Shown here: piece after piece, positions 13,500 through 27,500 of the stretch
Position numbering within the stretch: position 1 is the stretch's first letter
Layout of the letters: each line of letters opens with the position of its first letter
Source of the DNA: Chara braunii
Taxonomy: Eukaryota > Plantae > Charophyceae
Assembly (NCBI GenBank): GCA_003427395.1
Contig: BFEA01000011.1
Coordinates: forward strand, 4,431,832 to 4,495,831
Direction of reading: 5' to 3'
DNA length: 64,000 nucleotides
Program-made: the position numbers and the translations under genes
The notes under the pieces: model-generated
The model's database searches: none
What the model was told of the DNA's origin: nothing
The model's input: the letters and a program-made list of their open reading frames with translations, nothing else

Positions 13500-13812
13500 T
13501 TGGCGGATGTCTATTGGATGACTCTGCCAGCACCTTGTGAGAAATCAAAGTTTACAGGTTCCAAGGGGAGTATGGTCACAAGGATGAAACTTAAAGGACT
13601 TGACGGAAGGGCACCCCCAGGCGTGGAGCCTGCGGCTTAGTTTGACTCAACACGGGGAAACTCACCAGGTCCAGACATAGCAAGGATTGACAGATTGAGA
13701 GCTCTTTCTTGATTCTATGGGTGGTGGTGCATGACCATTCTTAGTTGGTGGAGTGTTTTGTCTGGTTGATTTCATTAACGAACGAGACTTCGGCCTGCTA
13801 AATATCTACGTG
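13500..13812 (+). pseudogene. 18S rRNA fragment (degenerate)
   Basis: Contains GAAACTTAAAGGA-TTGACGGAAGGGCACC, GGAGCCTGCGGCTTA, GACTCAACACGGGGAAACTCACCAGGTCCAGACATAG and GGTGGTGCATG with scattered substitutions; no other rDNA flanks it. Confidence 0.95.
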
Positions 13813-14402
13813 GGGTCGGCGACTTGAAAAAGTCTCACGGGAGGATTCCTCGCTGCAATTTTGTGCCAACTCTAGAGGGTAAGGGGGAGGGCATGTCGTT
13901 CCTGAACTTCCTGGAAAAGTCTCACGGGAGACAACAACCAATAGCGATGGAGAGTGCCACCAAAAAAAAAAGGAAAAAAGAACAAAACAAACGAGTGCCC
14001 TCGAAAATTGACAACGATTGGCTCAACTGATTTCCAAAGGGTTTTCCAAGCGCATTTGGTCCACCGTGATTGGGTCCCCGCAAAATTGTTTCCCGCCTTT
14101 CCAAAATCCTTTGCCCGTTTTTTTTGGCCGACCGCTTTTTCCATCATTTTTTCAGTGGGGTCCATGCCTAAGATATTGGAGCATCTTGGCTCTGACCTCA
14201 TTGACGTCGGTTGGGGATGGTTTCAAAATTTTGATTTCATAACTTTTAGCACTTCAATGTTGTCTGTACTTTTGAGGGGTCATTTAGCCTTTTTGATATT
14301 TTTATCGTGCTTGATTTGCTATTGGATTATGTTCTTGTAAAAAAACACTTGGTCAATTCGTAATTTGTCATTCTATTTATAGCTTGAATTTGATAACCCT
14401 CT

Positions 14403-17387
14403 CCTTTTTTTCTTTTTTTTTTTGGCTGCTCTGTCTATTGATGGGGAGTGACAACTGCTGGAAAATGGGTCCAGCATCCCTTGAATACATTCTCTCTTTT
14501 TTTAGCATGAACCATACGTGTTGAAAACTGGATCCACATCCCGTGGCAACCCTTCTCCCAACCCCCCTTCCTCACCCTTGACCTAACAGGGTATCGGAGG
14601 GAGTCACTAGGGGGCACCAGTGGGTCCTTCCTAGCCCGCCAACGTCTCCTGCCTCTGAACCATCCTCGAACTACCTATGCAAGGAATCTTTGTGTTGAGA
14701 TCCATGCTCAACCATGCTCATCCTCCTTTTTTTCTCCAAACTACTCGTGCCGAGAACTGGACTCAGTGTCTTTTGGATTACCTATGTCGAACCACTGTGC
14801 TGGAAATCGGGTACAGCATCCCATGGCTACGTTGGGGGGGGGGCGGGGGGGGGTCTCAGGCTGCCCCTTGCTCGGGTCCCATTAGAGCAAGCGGGTGTGG
14901 GGGAAAGGGGTCCGGGAACTCCACTGCGAGTCTCAATGGGATTCCGGGATCAACCACAGTCCAGTTCCGAAAGACTAGTCTGTAGTCCCTGTGCGCCTCC
15001 TCCTCTACCTCCCCCCGTTCCTCCTACAACCCCGAGTGTCGGGGAACATCGTCGGACCATGTCAAATCTGCCATCCACCCCTCTTGCTGCCTCCCAGCGA
15101 TTCCTTGCAGAAGGTTGATATGTTTCGTCGCGCGTGAACAAAATCCATCTTTTGTTTGGCCTCTTGCAAGTGATTCAGGATCTCAACTTGGACCAGTTGC
15201 TTGATCGATTCGGTTGCTTCGCCTTCCTCTATCTGTGCCCCTTCCAGCTCCAACACACACCTCCACCACCAGATCACCCAAACAATCGATAACCTGTCCA
15301 CCGGAAACAAGTTCTCTGTGAGGGGGTCATCCAGGCAGTGCGACCAGTATCCCGTTATCACCGCTCTGCAATCCCATGACCACTCCTGATCTGGTACAAT
15401 CTGCCGCCATATCCTGTCCCACCACCTCCACAACAATACCGATGAGGGGCACTGCATAAGAATGTGTCCAATTGTCTCAGTCCTTTCTTGCGGTAAATAC
15501 TTTTGCAGACACCTCCAACACCATGGTGTTGCCCGTCCTTGTTGCTCTAACCTCGTGTGGTTGATCAGCCAATCCTTAGCTAGGAGGCAGCGATGGGCAA
15601 TTTGCCATTGTAGAGCTGAGATCTTTATTGGCCTTAGCATCACCTCCCAGAACCATTTGATGGGGCGGAGGAGGAGCCAATCAATGTTCAGGTGGCACTG
15701 CCATCTATCCTCTATCCTGTCCCAGGGCCCCTTCTTGGGCCACAAAACATTCTGTATGCCTTTTTGACCTTCGTGTCAACTAGTGCCAGCAATCGCTGTG
15801 TGGCCCCGACCCTCCTCTCGCCCCTGGACCACCGCCACTCGACGAGGTCCAAGGCCAACTCTGTGATTGGTGTCATTGGTTGGAAGGTCCTCCAATCTTC
15901 TCTAATATTCAAGACTCAAATGCGGTAAATTGTGGACTTGTCTATCCCTACAAAGGGTTGTCTGCTCCCCATTAGGTGGTCCTCCCTACCTAGATTATAT
16001 CTTTTTACAAGGACCTCATTGCGTCCCTCAATATGCACCAATCGGTCCAATCTGACTTTATCCTTGTCCCATGGAATTCCAACCCAGTCCCCTTCTTTCA
16101 ACTTTGGGCCCTTCTTGAGTATGTCGTACCATTCGAGCGGGAAGTTCTCATCCATTTGCCCCAGTGCCTCTTCCGTGTGGGGGCAGTAGCACAACCATCG
16201 TTTCGTTCTTTCCGTACTCTTCCAATCCTGGGTTTTCCCATCGCACAAGTGTCCTACCCTTAGCACCCCATGCTTGACCCACCCCCTCTAAGGGGCATCC
16301 AAGTTGCACCTGATCCGGCCATGGGAGTCTGTGATCCATCTCTTACCAAACAAAGGTTGCCTGAACACCTCATCCCATCAATCCGATGATGGTCTATCAG
16401 GGATCAGGAGTCTCCTCCAGGTCTTTAGGAGGTGGACCCAAAAGGCATCTACCGCATCTCCGCCCCTGTATACTCGAGGTATCCTTCAGTACCTGTCCTC
16501 AAACCAAACCAAAGGATTTACCTCCGGGGGGGGCAGGGGGGCAAGGGCCACGATCTGTGCCAATGCTAGCGAGCGCCATGGGGAGTTTTGGTTAAAGATT
16601 ATTAGCAAGATACACCGTAGGGTTAGGGCTTGAAACTGTGGGCCAGGTCTATAATACCCAACCCTCCCTTAGCCTTGGGTTGAATTATCGATTCCCATAC
16701 CAACCGATTGATCACATAAGGGGATTCACTATCCCCTCTCCATAGAAAGATCGTTATTTGCCTCTTCAAGGCTTTAAGTCTCATCTCGCTTAACGACCAT
16801 AGCACTAACTTATACCATAAGAACGCTAAAACCACATTGTTAATAACCAGGGTTTTACCGACAATCGAGGTGTGCCGCCCGTTCCAAGCCGCCAACTTGG
16901 CTCTAGCCAGGTTCGCCACCACCGTCGTTGGTAGTTGGTTTACCCTTGGCTGATAGAGATGCTCCAAGGACTCTCAATGGAGCCTCCGGGGGTAACCATG
17001 TAATATGTGGTCTCTCCAAAGCTCTCCCACCCTGGTGGTGCAGCCACCAGCCCACCGTTTTTTGTCCCCAATTAATTGTCATATCCTATAGCCGATAAAA
17101 CCGTTCCATCAAGGCTTGCAATGCCTCCAGGTTCTGTGTGCATGCCTCCATTATGATCATTAGGTCAGCCGTGAAGAGGGAGCATACTGGGATCACCCCA
17201 TTGGGGATCCCTGCTATCCCAATCCTCCTAATGTCCTCGTGGCTTCGCAGATTAGCTGATAAGACCTCCATTATGATTAAGAAGAGGTGAGGAGCAATCG
17301 GGTCCAAATGCCTAATTGACCATTGTAGCGGGAACTGGGGGGGCACAATGTCGTTGACTTGAACACTTGTGGTCGCTCTGGCCAAGG
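14403..17387 (-). mobile_element. LINE-C, 3' piece (late RT, CCHC region, long 3'UTR, poly(A))
   Basis: TSVQVN..., LFTADL, GGLGIIDL, CWRC...HILMQC; T-tract at 14405-14422. Confidence 0.9.
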
Positions 17388-17419
17388 GGTGAAAACGATC
17401 ACGGCCGACTACAGTCATT

Positions 17420-17627
17420 GGATCGTCCCGACCGTCCGTATTCCCGGATCGGATGGCCAGCAGGCGCGCGCGGAGGGCCCACCCGGAAAACCACATATAT
17501 GAGGCAGGCCCACCACTCCCTATTGGAACATCCCGACCGTCAGTATCCCCGGATCGGACGGCCAGCAGGTGCCCGCGAAGGGTCCTCCCGAAAAACTATA
17601 TATACGAGGGAGGGCCACCAGTTCCCA
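17420..17627. repeat. ~105-bp tandem duplication
   Basis: TCCCGACCGTC...CGGATCGGA...GGCCAGCAGG...GGCCCACCA occurs twice. Confidence 0.85.
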
Positions 17628-17942
17628 TTTTCGTTTCAGTTTGGCAACCCAGCGGTAGCGCAGCGCAGCGGAGGCTTGTGCCACAGCACAGCGCATTGGA
17701 GGCTCGTGTACAACGCGGCAACGCAGCGCAGGGATTCGGTCCGTGCATAGCAGACCACCTGCTCGACGCGACGACGGACCACAGCGCTGTCGAGAGGCGT
17801 GTTCAGCGCTACGACGGAGCGAGCATACGGCCCAAGATCGAGACGCACAACCACAGCGGAGCACCCCGAGTTTGAAGGATCGGACAATGAGGAAACAACC
17901 ACGCAGCCCAGCTGCAACCACGTAACGCCATGTGGCACTTCC

Positions 17943-19127
17943 GGTCGTTGAGTCGAACACGATCGTGCCTGATCGTCGAGTCGAACACGATCGCGCCCGA
18001 TCGTCGAGTCCAACACGATCGTGTCCGATCGTCGTGTCGAACACGATCGTGCCCGATCGTCGAGTCGAACACGACAGTGCCCGACAATCGAGTCGAACAC
18101 GATCGTGCCCGATGTCTGATTGTCGAGTCGAACACGCTCGTCGAGTCGAACACAGTCGTCGAGTCGAACACGATCTTCGAGTCGAACACGATCGTCGAGT
18201 CAAACACGATCGTCGAGTCGAACACGATCGTGCCCGATCGTCGACTCGAACACGATCGTTGAGTTGAACACGATACTGCCCGATCGTCGAGTCGAACACG
18301 GTAGTCGAGTCGAACACGACACTGCCCGATCGTCAAGTCGAACACGACACTGCCCAATCGTCGAGTCGAACACGACAGTGACTGATCGTCAAGTCAAACA
18401 CTATCGAGGAGTCGAACACTATCGAATAGTTGAACACGATAGTCGAGTCGAACAACGATCGTCGAGTCGAACACGATCGTCGAGTCGGATACGATAGTCG
18501 ATTCGAACACGATCGTCGATTGCGTTCGTCGAGTCGAACACGATAGTCGTGTCGAACACGATAGGCGAGTCGAACACGTCGAGTCGGACACGATCGTNNN
18601 NNNNNNNNNNNNNNNNNNNNNNNNNNNNNNNNNNNNNNNNNNNNNNNNNNNNNNNNNNNNNNNNNNNNNNNNNNNNNNNNNNNNNNNNNNNNNNNNNNNN
18701 NNNNNNNNNNNNNNNNNNNNNNNNNNNNNNNNNNNNNNNNNNNNNNNNNNNNNNNNNNNNNNNNNNNNNNNNNNNNNNNNNNNNNNNNNNNNNNNNNTCC
18801 GACGTCGAGTAGAACACGATCGTCGAGTCGAACACGATAGTCGAGTCGAACACGATCGTCGATTGCGTTCGTCGAGTCGAACACGATAGTCGAGTTGAAC
18901 ACGATCGTCGAATCGAACACGATCGTCGAGTCGGACACGATCGTCGAGTCGAACACGATCATCGAGTCGAACACGATCGTCGAGTCGAACACGATCGTCA
19001 ATTGCGTTCGTCGAGTCGAACACGATCGTCGAGTCCGACACGATCGTCGAGTCGAACACGATCGTCGATTGCGTTTGTCGAATCTAACACGATAGGTGAG
19101 TGCCCTGTCGTCGAGTCGAACACGATC
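17943..19127. repeat. CpG-rich ~18-bp tandem array (GTCGAGTCGAACACGATC), containing an assembly gap
   Basis: Dozens of directly visible units; N-run at 18598-18797. Confidence 0.97.
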
Positions 19128-19445
19128 CTTCCCTGTCCTCTAGTGGAACAAGATTGTGCGCGGTGCAATGTCATCGAATCGTTCATGATTGTGTGCAGTG
19201 CTATGGGCCGCGCACGTCGTATCCTGAAAGATCGTGCATGGGTTGTGTGCGTGGAATTATGGGCGTGGATTGCGCACGTAGATTCTGTGCATTGTGCTGT
19301 CGTGCAGCCTGGTTTGTTTCCATTGTTAGGGGGAGCGGGGTGAATAGTTCTATGCTGCTGTTGGTTGTTCTATTGTTGTTGTTGACCGTTGCCCTTGTGT
19401 CGTGCAAGGCGTCTTCTCTTCACTGTTGCTATGGAGATCTCTAAT

Positions 19446-20262
19446 ATGACCCCAACACTTTGGCATGCACGCAAGGCACACCCTTTCCCGCCTTGTGCGC
19501 TGTACGACCGACAATGTCAGGGCAACGTAACCTATGAAGGCGCTTGTCCAGAAGACTTCGAATGCGACCTTTGGATGAGAATCCTCCCGTTTGGCGACAA
19601 ACAGTTGGACTCGTGGGAGGAGTGCGAGTGGGTGAACATGACGGAGAGATGCCCGTGGGCGTGCGATTATGAGTTCGCGAATATGTTCGAATTCGGCAAA
19701 CGCATTCCCGTGCCGTTCGATGTGTTGCGTTCCGTGCGCTTGCCGCTACTGTGTAAAAAGCTTAAAAATAAGCCGTGTTATGGGGGTTTTGGACTGCGAA
19801 TACGTGACAACCTCGCCCCGCTCCTGGTGCCGTGTTATGGATCAGGAGTTACTCGATTGTGCGCGACATTCTCAGTTCCTCGATCATTATCCGTTGCGAT
19901 CTCCCGGTCTGTCGCCAGGAGCAGTTTCGTATTGTTGTGTGAGATTGCGTCTGACACACTTTATCTTCTGTAGGGTCCTCTGTATTGCCGTTTTGAGCAG
20001 GGCAAGAAACTTGACCGATGCTGTCGTGTATGTGTCCAGGAACGAGTTGTCTATGTCTGGGAGGGATATGTGTTTAGTTCAAAGAAGGGTAGATGGGAGA
20101 CTGAATATCGTGGTGGGTGGCCAGGTGGAGGATGTTGTTGCATGGCGTGAGGTCGAGGCTAAAGTCGTTTCAATTCGGGATGCTATAGGTGCTTCTCTCG
20201 TCGGGAACTCCGGGTTCGTGCGAATGACATACATTTCGGTGTTTGCTGAGACGGCGCAATAG
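19446..20262 (+). CDS. Possible small spliced gene within the transposon
   Basis: Two overlapping protein-like ORFs (Cys/Trp-rich first part) with an acceptor-like TTCTGTAG at 19973. Confidence 0.3.
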
Positions 20263-20804
20263 CTGACCTTCGAATCGCCAATTAGCGTGTTGAATGGCCT
20301 CAACGGCGGGATTGTTCCCCGTAGTCGGTAGATAGCCTTCGTCATATTGAATGGCCAAAACGGCATACTGAATGGCCGCAATGGCCGCAACAGCGAGATT
20401 GTTCCCCGTAGTCGATAGATAGCCTCGTGGAATTCGCATTGCGATTGCTGTTCTAAATGTGTTATTTCGATAACAATACGAGGTATCTGCTAGTTGTTCT
20501 CATCATGTGTTCAGTGCCCAAAAGTACACACGTTTGACGTTGTTGTCCTCATATTGTTTTTCGATTCATTGAAACCCGGGAATGATGACTTGTGTTTTTG
20601 GTTTGGCTGTGGACACCGACACATCGTTGCCAGCCGAGTGTTTGATTGTTGTTCTCATGTTGTGTTTCCTTTCAGAAAAAAAACTCGTTGTTCTGATGTT
20701 TTGCGTGCACAAACATTGAGCAGTCAATGTTTCTCCGTGTTAACCAGTGCCTGTGATCTGTTGTCTTGTGTTCTCGTGATCAAGTGCCCCTTTAGGCACC
20801 GTCC

Positions 20805-21362
20805 GCCGACCATTGTGTCGAACACGACAAACGTCGCACAGCACACCCCAGTGTCGCTGTCGTGTTCGACACGATGGTAGCCGCCGACCATTGTGTCGAA
20901 CACGACAAATGTCGCACAACACACCCTAGTGTCGCTGTCGTGTTCGACACGATGGTCGCCAGACGGTGCCCGTAAGGGCATGTGGTCGACTGTCGAACGG
21001 CAGACGACAGTGTCGCTGTCGTGTCGAACACGACAGTCAGCTCCCCTTCAGGCACCGTTTGGCGACCATCGTGTCAAACACGACATGGACACTGTTATCT
21101 GCGACCAGGCGGTGCATGAAGGGCCGCTTGGTCGACTGTCACACGACAGACAACAGTGTAACTATCGTGTCCAACACGACGGTTGGTCAGCCTGCGCAGT
21201 GCTGAGCTCGACGTCGAGCAGGACGACGAGTTGGTCGACCGTCGGGTTCGACACGACAGTGACACAACGACACCTCAATGTCGCTCTCGTGTCGAATTCG
21301 ACGGTACTGGAGGACGTCGTGGCACGGCCGTCGAGTTCGACACAACAGTGAAAACGACGACG
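20805..21362. repeat. Dispersed copies of the GTGTCGAACACGAC motif in both orientations
   Basis: Visible motif copies, including a ~78-bp tandem duplication. Confidence 0.9.
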
Positions 21363-21503
21363 AGCTGGCGGGCTGTGGCCCGTTTCCGTTGCTCTGTGTT
21401 CCTGTCTATTCTTGTTCTCAAGTGTTGTGGTGTTTGCACGTTGGCAAAGCAATGACTGCTTTCTCGCTTGTGCATTTTCTTCAGTTGCGACTAGCTACTC
21501 GAC

Positions 21504-24500
21504 ATGGATCGCGAGGGGAAGCCAAGCAAACGACGTACTAGTACTGGTTCCGGGAGCATGGAGCAGTCTCCGAAAAAACCGAAGGGGACACCAACGGCTG
21601 GCGTGGGGGCTGGCGACACATCGGGGTCTAAGGGCCACCGAACCCCAGTGCTGCGGGGTGCACCTTCTACGGGCACTCCTTCCGCCCATGTTCGAGGTTC
21701 GGGACCGGATTCGGCTGTGTTGATGACTGGTGGGGCTGCGGGTCAAGAAGAGGAGGCTACTGGTCGGCAGGGGAAATCTACGATGGACGTTGTGTCTAGG
21801 CGTAAAAGGTCTGGTGAGACATCCGTTGCAGGTGTGGGAGACGAGCTTTCTGTCGTCGACCACAAAGACAGGTGCTGGATGTTGGAGTGGGTGGGTGGAA
21901 TCGGGGAACCCTCGGGTGGGCTGGTTTTGTACGTGGTGATCAAAGATAACATTGTTCCGATTGGCGGTGTGGTGAAGTGGAGTGGAGGAAATTCACAGTT
22001 CGCCATGTTGGAGTTGACGATGGTCCTTAACGCTAGAGGTGAGCGGATGGCGAATGTCAAACGCGTTGCTCTTCGTTGGGCCAAACACGCTGGGTACGGC
22101 AAGAAGCTTTATGACATTTTCAATCCGCCCGGGACGAAGAAATTGATGTTGCCGGACCTTCGAGCAGTTTTCACATTCTTCGACAAAAATGTGGTCGCAG
22201 GGCATGAGCCGGTGGTGCATGCTTTCGACCGCATATCTAAACCGAAAAGCGTGCTTTCGTCGTCTTTGGAGGAGGCTCCGTCGTCGAAACCAATCATTAT
22301 AGGTGCCCGCCCACCGCCATCGCTTCGGACTACGGTTGCTGCGGAGGCGGCTCCGTCGTCGAAACCAATCATTATAGGTGTCCGCCCAACGCCATCGCTT
22401 CGGACTACGGTTGCTGCAACACGAGTTCCAAAATCTGGGCAGATCGGGGAGAAAGGTCCGTGTCGNGGGCAAATCATGCCGTCAGCCCCTGTGAAGCGTA
22501 GACCAACATCAACCAAGGAACCCGTTTCCTTGGTCCGCCCGCCACGCTATGAGTTGGTCATTCCTGCTGGGTCGCATTATTTTGGAGATGACGACGAGGA
22601 GAACAGCAAGGAAGATTGGGAGCGCGATGAAGAACGCGAAGAATATGAGGAGGGTGGCGAAGAAGAGGAAGTAGAGAGTGAGCACACAATCAGCGAGAGG
22701 GGTGGGCCAGGCGAATTGGAGGGTCGTCTAGGGGTTGAGTATGAGGACGAAGGGCAAGAAGAGGAAACGACCAGCGAGGGAGGGTATGAGATGTGCATTG
22801 GGGTTCCAAACGAATGCAGCTGCTCGCTTCGGGTCATGGGCATTGGGAAGCGGATCCAGGGAGCGGGGAAATGCACCGCGAAGTTGGGGTTGAGCCGGTG
22901 CATGCCGATGCAGCCCGACTAGCTGAGAAGAAAAGGAAGAACAGGCAAGAGAGGAGAAGTGCTTTGGACAGTAAGAAAACCAAGCAGGAGGGGGGAGCCA
23001 AGCAAGAGGAGGGCAAACTCAAGTTGAAAATGCTGGTAGTTGAGGAGGCCGTCCAACATACGCGGGAGGTTGAGGAGGCCATGAAGAAAAAACGGCAGCC
23101 AAGAAAAAAAGCAGCGAAGGGAGGTGTGATGGAAAAAACTTCCGTTTTTCCACCGGACCAGCCACAATCGGATGAAGACGCTGTGGGCAAGACAGTCACC
23201 AGACCGTCCGGTTTGCAGATTCTGCTGCCTGGGAATTCTTCTGGTCATCTTAGCAAAGACTTCTTCCTTGAGTTCGACGAGAATGGTAAACAGAGGCCGG
23301 AAATGCAGTTCATTTCTGTCAAGTTGGACAAGATTCTAGATATCCCTGATGAGAAATTCAGATATAATCAACGCTTCCTCGATCAGGAGCTTATTGATGA
23401 CCTTTACAAAACAATGGTTGAGTCGGGTGAGGCAGCTATCAGAGAGAGAACGACCGGGGCAGCCGGGGTGAATGTATGTGCATTGTCCGAGAAGCCTGTC
23501 CTTTTGTTGATTGAGCTACATGATACAATGCATATTGACGCTTCCGGTACGAATGTGAGGGCGAGAAGAGTGACGCCCGGTGAATTCGATCTCCAATCCG
23601 TGCGCAAGTACTACTGGTACCCTCTCAGTGGTCAACACAATGTTGCGGCGGCGAGGAAATGTTCTCAAGAACGCCCTGACATCGCCCGTGAGCTCCGTTT
23701 GGATTGCTGGACTGCAAGGCCTGTTTACTATCCGGATAGGAGCATGGAGAATTACTGCACCTTGAACACTTTCCAAAATGCGAAGGACAAATGGAATACT
23801 CCTCCGCACCAGATTGCTATCATTAAGAACATACGAAAGTTGTGGCAAGCAGCCGGTCGTCCAGAAGCTATAGGCGGATCTGCTGCAGACGTCAAAAATA
23901 AGGATTACAGAGAGTTTGCGGCAATGACTCTGCGCGCGATCGGGAGTGATCATTTGGTTACTCTTTCACTTCAGGCTTGGAGCAAGGAGTGGTCCGACTT
24001 CCTCGGGCCTTATATGGTATTGGCAAGGGCGACGGGCGATGTGTTCGAGAAGGTGCAACAAGTGTATTCTGCTTGGGAGAATGGACAGTTGCCGAGGAGA
24101 GATGGTGTGAAGCCTGCCACCAAACAAGGTGAATCGGGGAAGCGTCGAGACCTGGTCCCGGATTTGAGTTGGAAAAAGGAGTCAGGGTTCCAGTGCACTG
24201 GATTCAGGGTACTAGATGACCTGGTTACCTCGTGGCTGTGCGCGATCCGGATGTCAGATCATGGAAGGCTATGTCTACGTTGGGGAGGCGTGAGAGGCTT
24301 CAGTTGTTGCGAGACATTCTCACGGGAAGTGTCATACTGGCTCCAAGGCTAAGTAAAGTTGCTCACACTGCCGGGAAACATTCGATGGAGACATACGTGG
24401 AAATGGTGAAGCAGGAAAGAGCAATGTTGAGAATGTTTTACTACTTCGTCTTCATTTCTGACCCTCACAAGAAGCCGTCAGAGTGGAAGGAACNATTCTN

Positions 24501-27500
24501 CGACAACCTTTCTNATTTGTTCNNTAGNTATTGTGATCAAGGATNGACATCGNAGAGGTGGATCGACCAGCGACGACATTTCAAAGAAACGAGTTGGGTG
24601 AGGTCATTTCCGGCTACACTTGGAGGCGGGGATGAAAAAGGAGAGGAGGGCTTCAAGAAAACAAAATCGCTTGCAAACAAATGCCCCGAAGAGTTCATTC
24701 AATTTGTCAACAAGTTGTTGCGTAGATCTGAAACTGGGGGTTCGCATAGCATTCGTATGTCGGGGCAAGCGAGATATATATATTTCCAGAAACAGAACGT
24801 GACATCTGTATTCGTGTCGTTCCAGTGGGAACCGAACGATGTTTCAGACGAGATGGATTGCAAGGAGATGTTTAGAGCCGTCACACACCTGACGTGCCAC
24901 ACAGCCGTTCTGGATTTGTGCCGCCCGACCCAGATGGGTGCGTGGACTGAACAAGTGTTTCACGGACTCAAGAAGTTCATGGATAAACTTGGCGGCGAGT
25001 ATTGGACATTGTTGTGCTTCGTTCCACGCCCTTGCGAGTTCACATTCTTGAGGCGAGTCGCGATGTGGGACATTCAATTGGATCTTCTCAAATGGACTCG
25101 TCTACAACAAACAAAGGGGAAAGTGTATAAGGTTGCAAACTTGCCTTTGGAGGACACAGACAGAATGGTCGTCATCATGTACTCCAACGACGGGGATTTT
25201 TATCGCAACACTATTCTCTTGTTTGAAGATATTCAAGCTGCAGGTTCATCATCTGCCGAGCGGGTGACTGACATATCGACACTTGTGCAGAGAGAGAGAA
25301 AGCCGAAGATGTTGACTGATGTCGTGGAGAAAAACTTTCTACCATCAAAGTGGAAAATGGCAGGTATGGATCCACCGGAGAAAGTGGTCTATGATGGTAT
25401 GGAAAGGGAGCCGAATGCGATGGTGGAGACATTGGAGCATTTTTGTCATGCGGATGAGGCCGTCGTTTTCCTCGGGAAAGGTCATGCGGGATTGGTTTGG
25501 GAGTTGTTAAAGAGTCACCGTCATTGCATTGTGCTAGAAGGGGAGGGTATGAAGTTCAAGTTCCTCACTCAGTTCATTGACAAGATGGTCAAAACTCGAG
25601 ATTACTACACCAACTTTACTAAGCCGCCTCCTCGATATGATGAAGGGCGTGATCTCGTCTACAAGGTTGGCCAAAACGTGGTCAATATTTGGGAGTTTCT
25701 CTTCGAAACAAAGTCGCAAGACAGAGGGGAACATACTTATGTCCTCAGAAGAATAAAAGTGGAGAAGCTCTTGAGGGGTTATCATAAAGCACCATCGAAG
25801 AGGGAGGTTTCATTTCTCGACCGCTTGGAGACAATGTACTTCGACCAACAAATCGGGGCATTTACAATCGCAGGTTATGCGACTTGTTTTGTGGATGGTG
25901 AGGACTTTGATGCCGATGACTCAGAAGAAGAGAGTATTGATGGCACTTTGCAAGCGGTTTTGGCAGCTGAGAGGCAAAGAGCTTGTAGCCCGGCTTCGCA
26001 TTCGCAGAGAATGGGTGTTCCAGGCACATCGTCCGGTTCTGGAGGAGCTTCGAGCATGGCGGTTTCAACGGATCAGTTAATGACTCATCCGCCGACTTCT
26101 TCTATTGTTACACCGACTCAGATGGCGGGCAATACGATGACGGTGGCATCAGGAGACATTCTGGATCCGAATGTTCTAGCAATGCTCTCCCCAGAGTTGG
26201 TGGAAACTCTGGCACCATTTGCACACAGCCCAAGTACTATTATGGAATTACTACGCTCTCGAACTCCACAACAACCGCCACCTGATGAGCCTTTGGAGTA
26301 CGAGATTGGAGACACAATCCCTGCAGACATTCGACTGCTTCCGGGGCCTATAGTGTGCCGAGACGATTATACGGTGACGGATGATGCCACGTGGGGTTAT
26401 CACATCATATGGCACCCCCAACACTTCCAACCTCCATTGGCGAGAGGGAGGTGGATTATGGCTATAAAAAAAGAAGGGGAGTGGCAGTTTTGCCTCCATA
26501 GACGTATGTCAGGATCGAACTTTCTGAAACATGTCAAAAATCAGATTGTCAAGCGACTCATGCGACTTAATCCGGAGGTTTCTCAATCAAGACTAATGTA
26601 AGAACAGAAAAAAATTTCCAAAAGTTCAAAACATCGCAGTGGCTTGAGTATCTGGAAGAGTTCTATGATAGACAAACCAGCCCGGCTTATGGATATTATT
26701 GGCATGTCAGAGAAGATCTTGGGGAGAGGAAAAAATCAAGCGGCGGTGGTGACCATGGCAAGGGATCCGGATCGAGCGGAGGTGCGCATGGCAAAGGATT
26801 GCGATCGGGGAGCGGTGCAAGTGACAAGGGTCCGGAACCAAATGACGGTGCAAGGGGCAAGGACGCAAGTCATGGGGAACGACAACAAACCGAAAAGTCT
26901 AAGGGGTGTCAAGCAACAGAAGGCAAGGGATCAGCACCAAGCGGCGGTGGGCATGGCAAACCTACAGGACCAAGCGGCGGTGGTTCAACTGTCGAAGGGT
27001 CTCAGGGGCCTCAAGAAACAGGGCGCAAGGGATCAGGATTGAGTGGTGGCTTAACTGTCGAAGGGTCCCACGGTCGAGTCGAACACGACAATGGCTTCGC
27101 ATTGGAGCGTTCCCAGCTTGACCAAGCGAAGAAACTCACGGTCTAGTCGAACCCGACAGTGGGATCGGAAACGATCGTCGGTGCGACTGGCAAGGCTTTG
27201 GGACCAGGGGGGGGCAGTACAACTATCGACGGTGCTTCACCTGTCAAAGAGTCACACGGTCGTGTCGGACACGACACTCGTCCAGCATTCGAGCGCTCGC
27301 GGCTTGACCAAGCGAAGAAACTCACTGTCGAGTCAAACCGACAGTGGGATCGGGATCAATCGTCGATACAAGTGGCAAGGCTTCGGAACCAATCGACGTT
27401 GTTTCACCTGTCGAAGGCTCACACGGTTGAGTCGAACACGGCAGGGGTCCACTATTGGAGCGCTCCCAGCTTGAGCGAGCGGAGAAACTCGTGGTTGAGT

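Noticed and set aside
13500-13812. Functional rDNA unit or R-element target site
   Set aside because: It is only a ~300-bp mutated internal 18S piece with no adjoining rDNA or LINE junction.
17520-19095. Long ORFs in several frames (also 31507-32801, 48209-48676, 50109-50843, 53012-53560, 59074-59663)
   Set aside because: These arise from stop-free tandem repeats, microsatellites or N-runs.
17943-19127. CRISPR array
   Set aside because: Units are contiguous tandem repeats without unique spacers; there are no cas genes and the context is eukaryotic.
24880-25580. Active DNA methyltransferase
   Set aside because: No DPPY/NPPY/SPPY or canonical FxGxG motif, and this gene copy is frameshifted.
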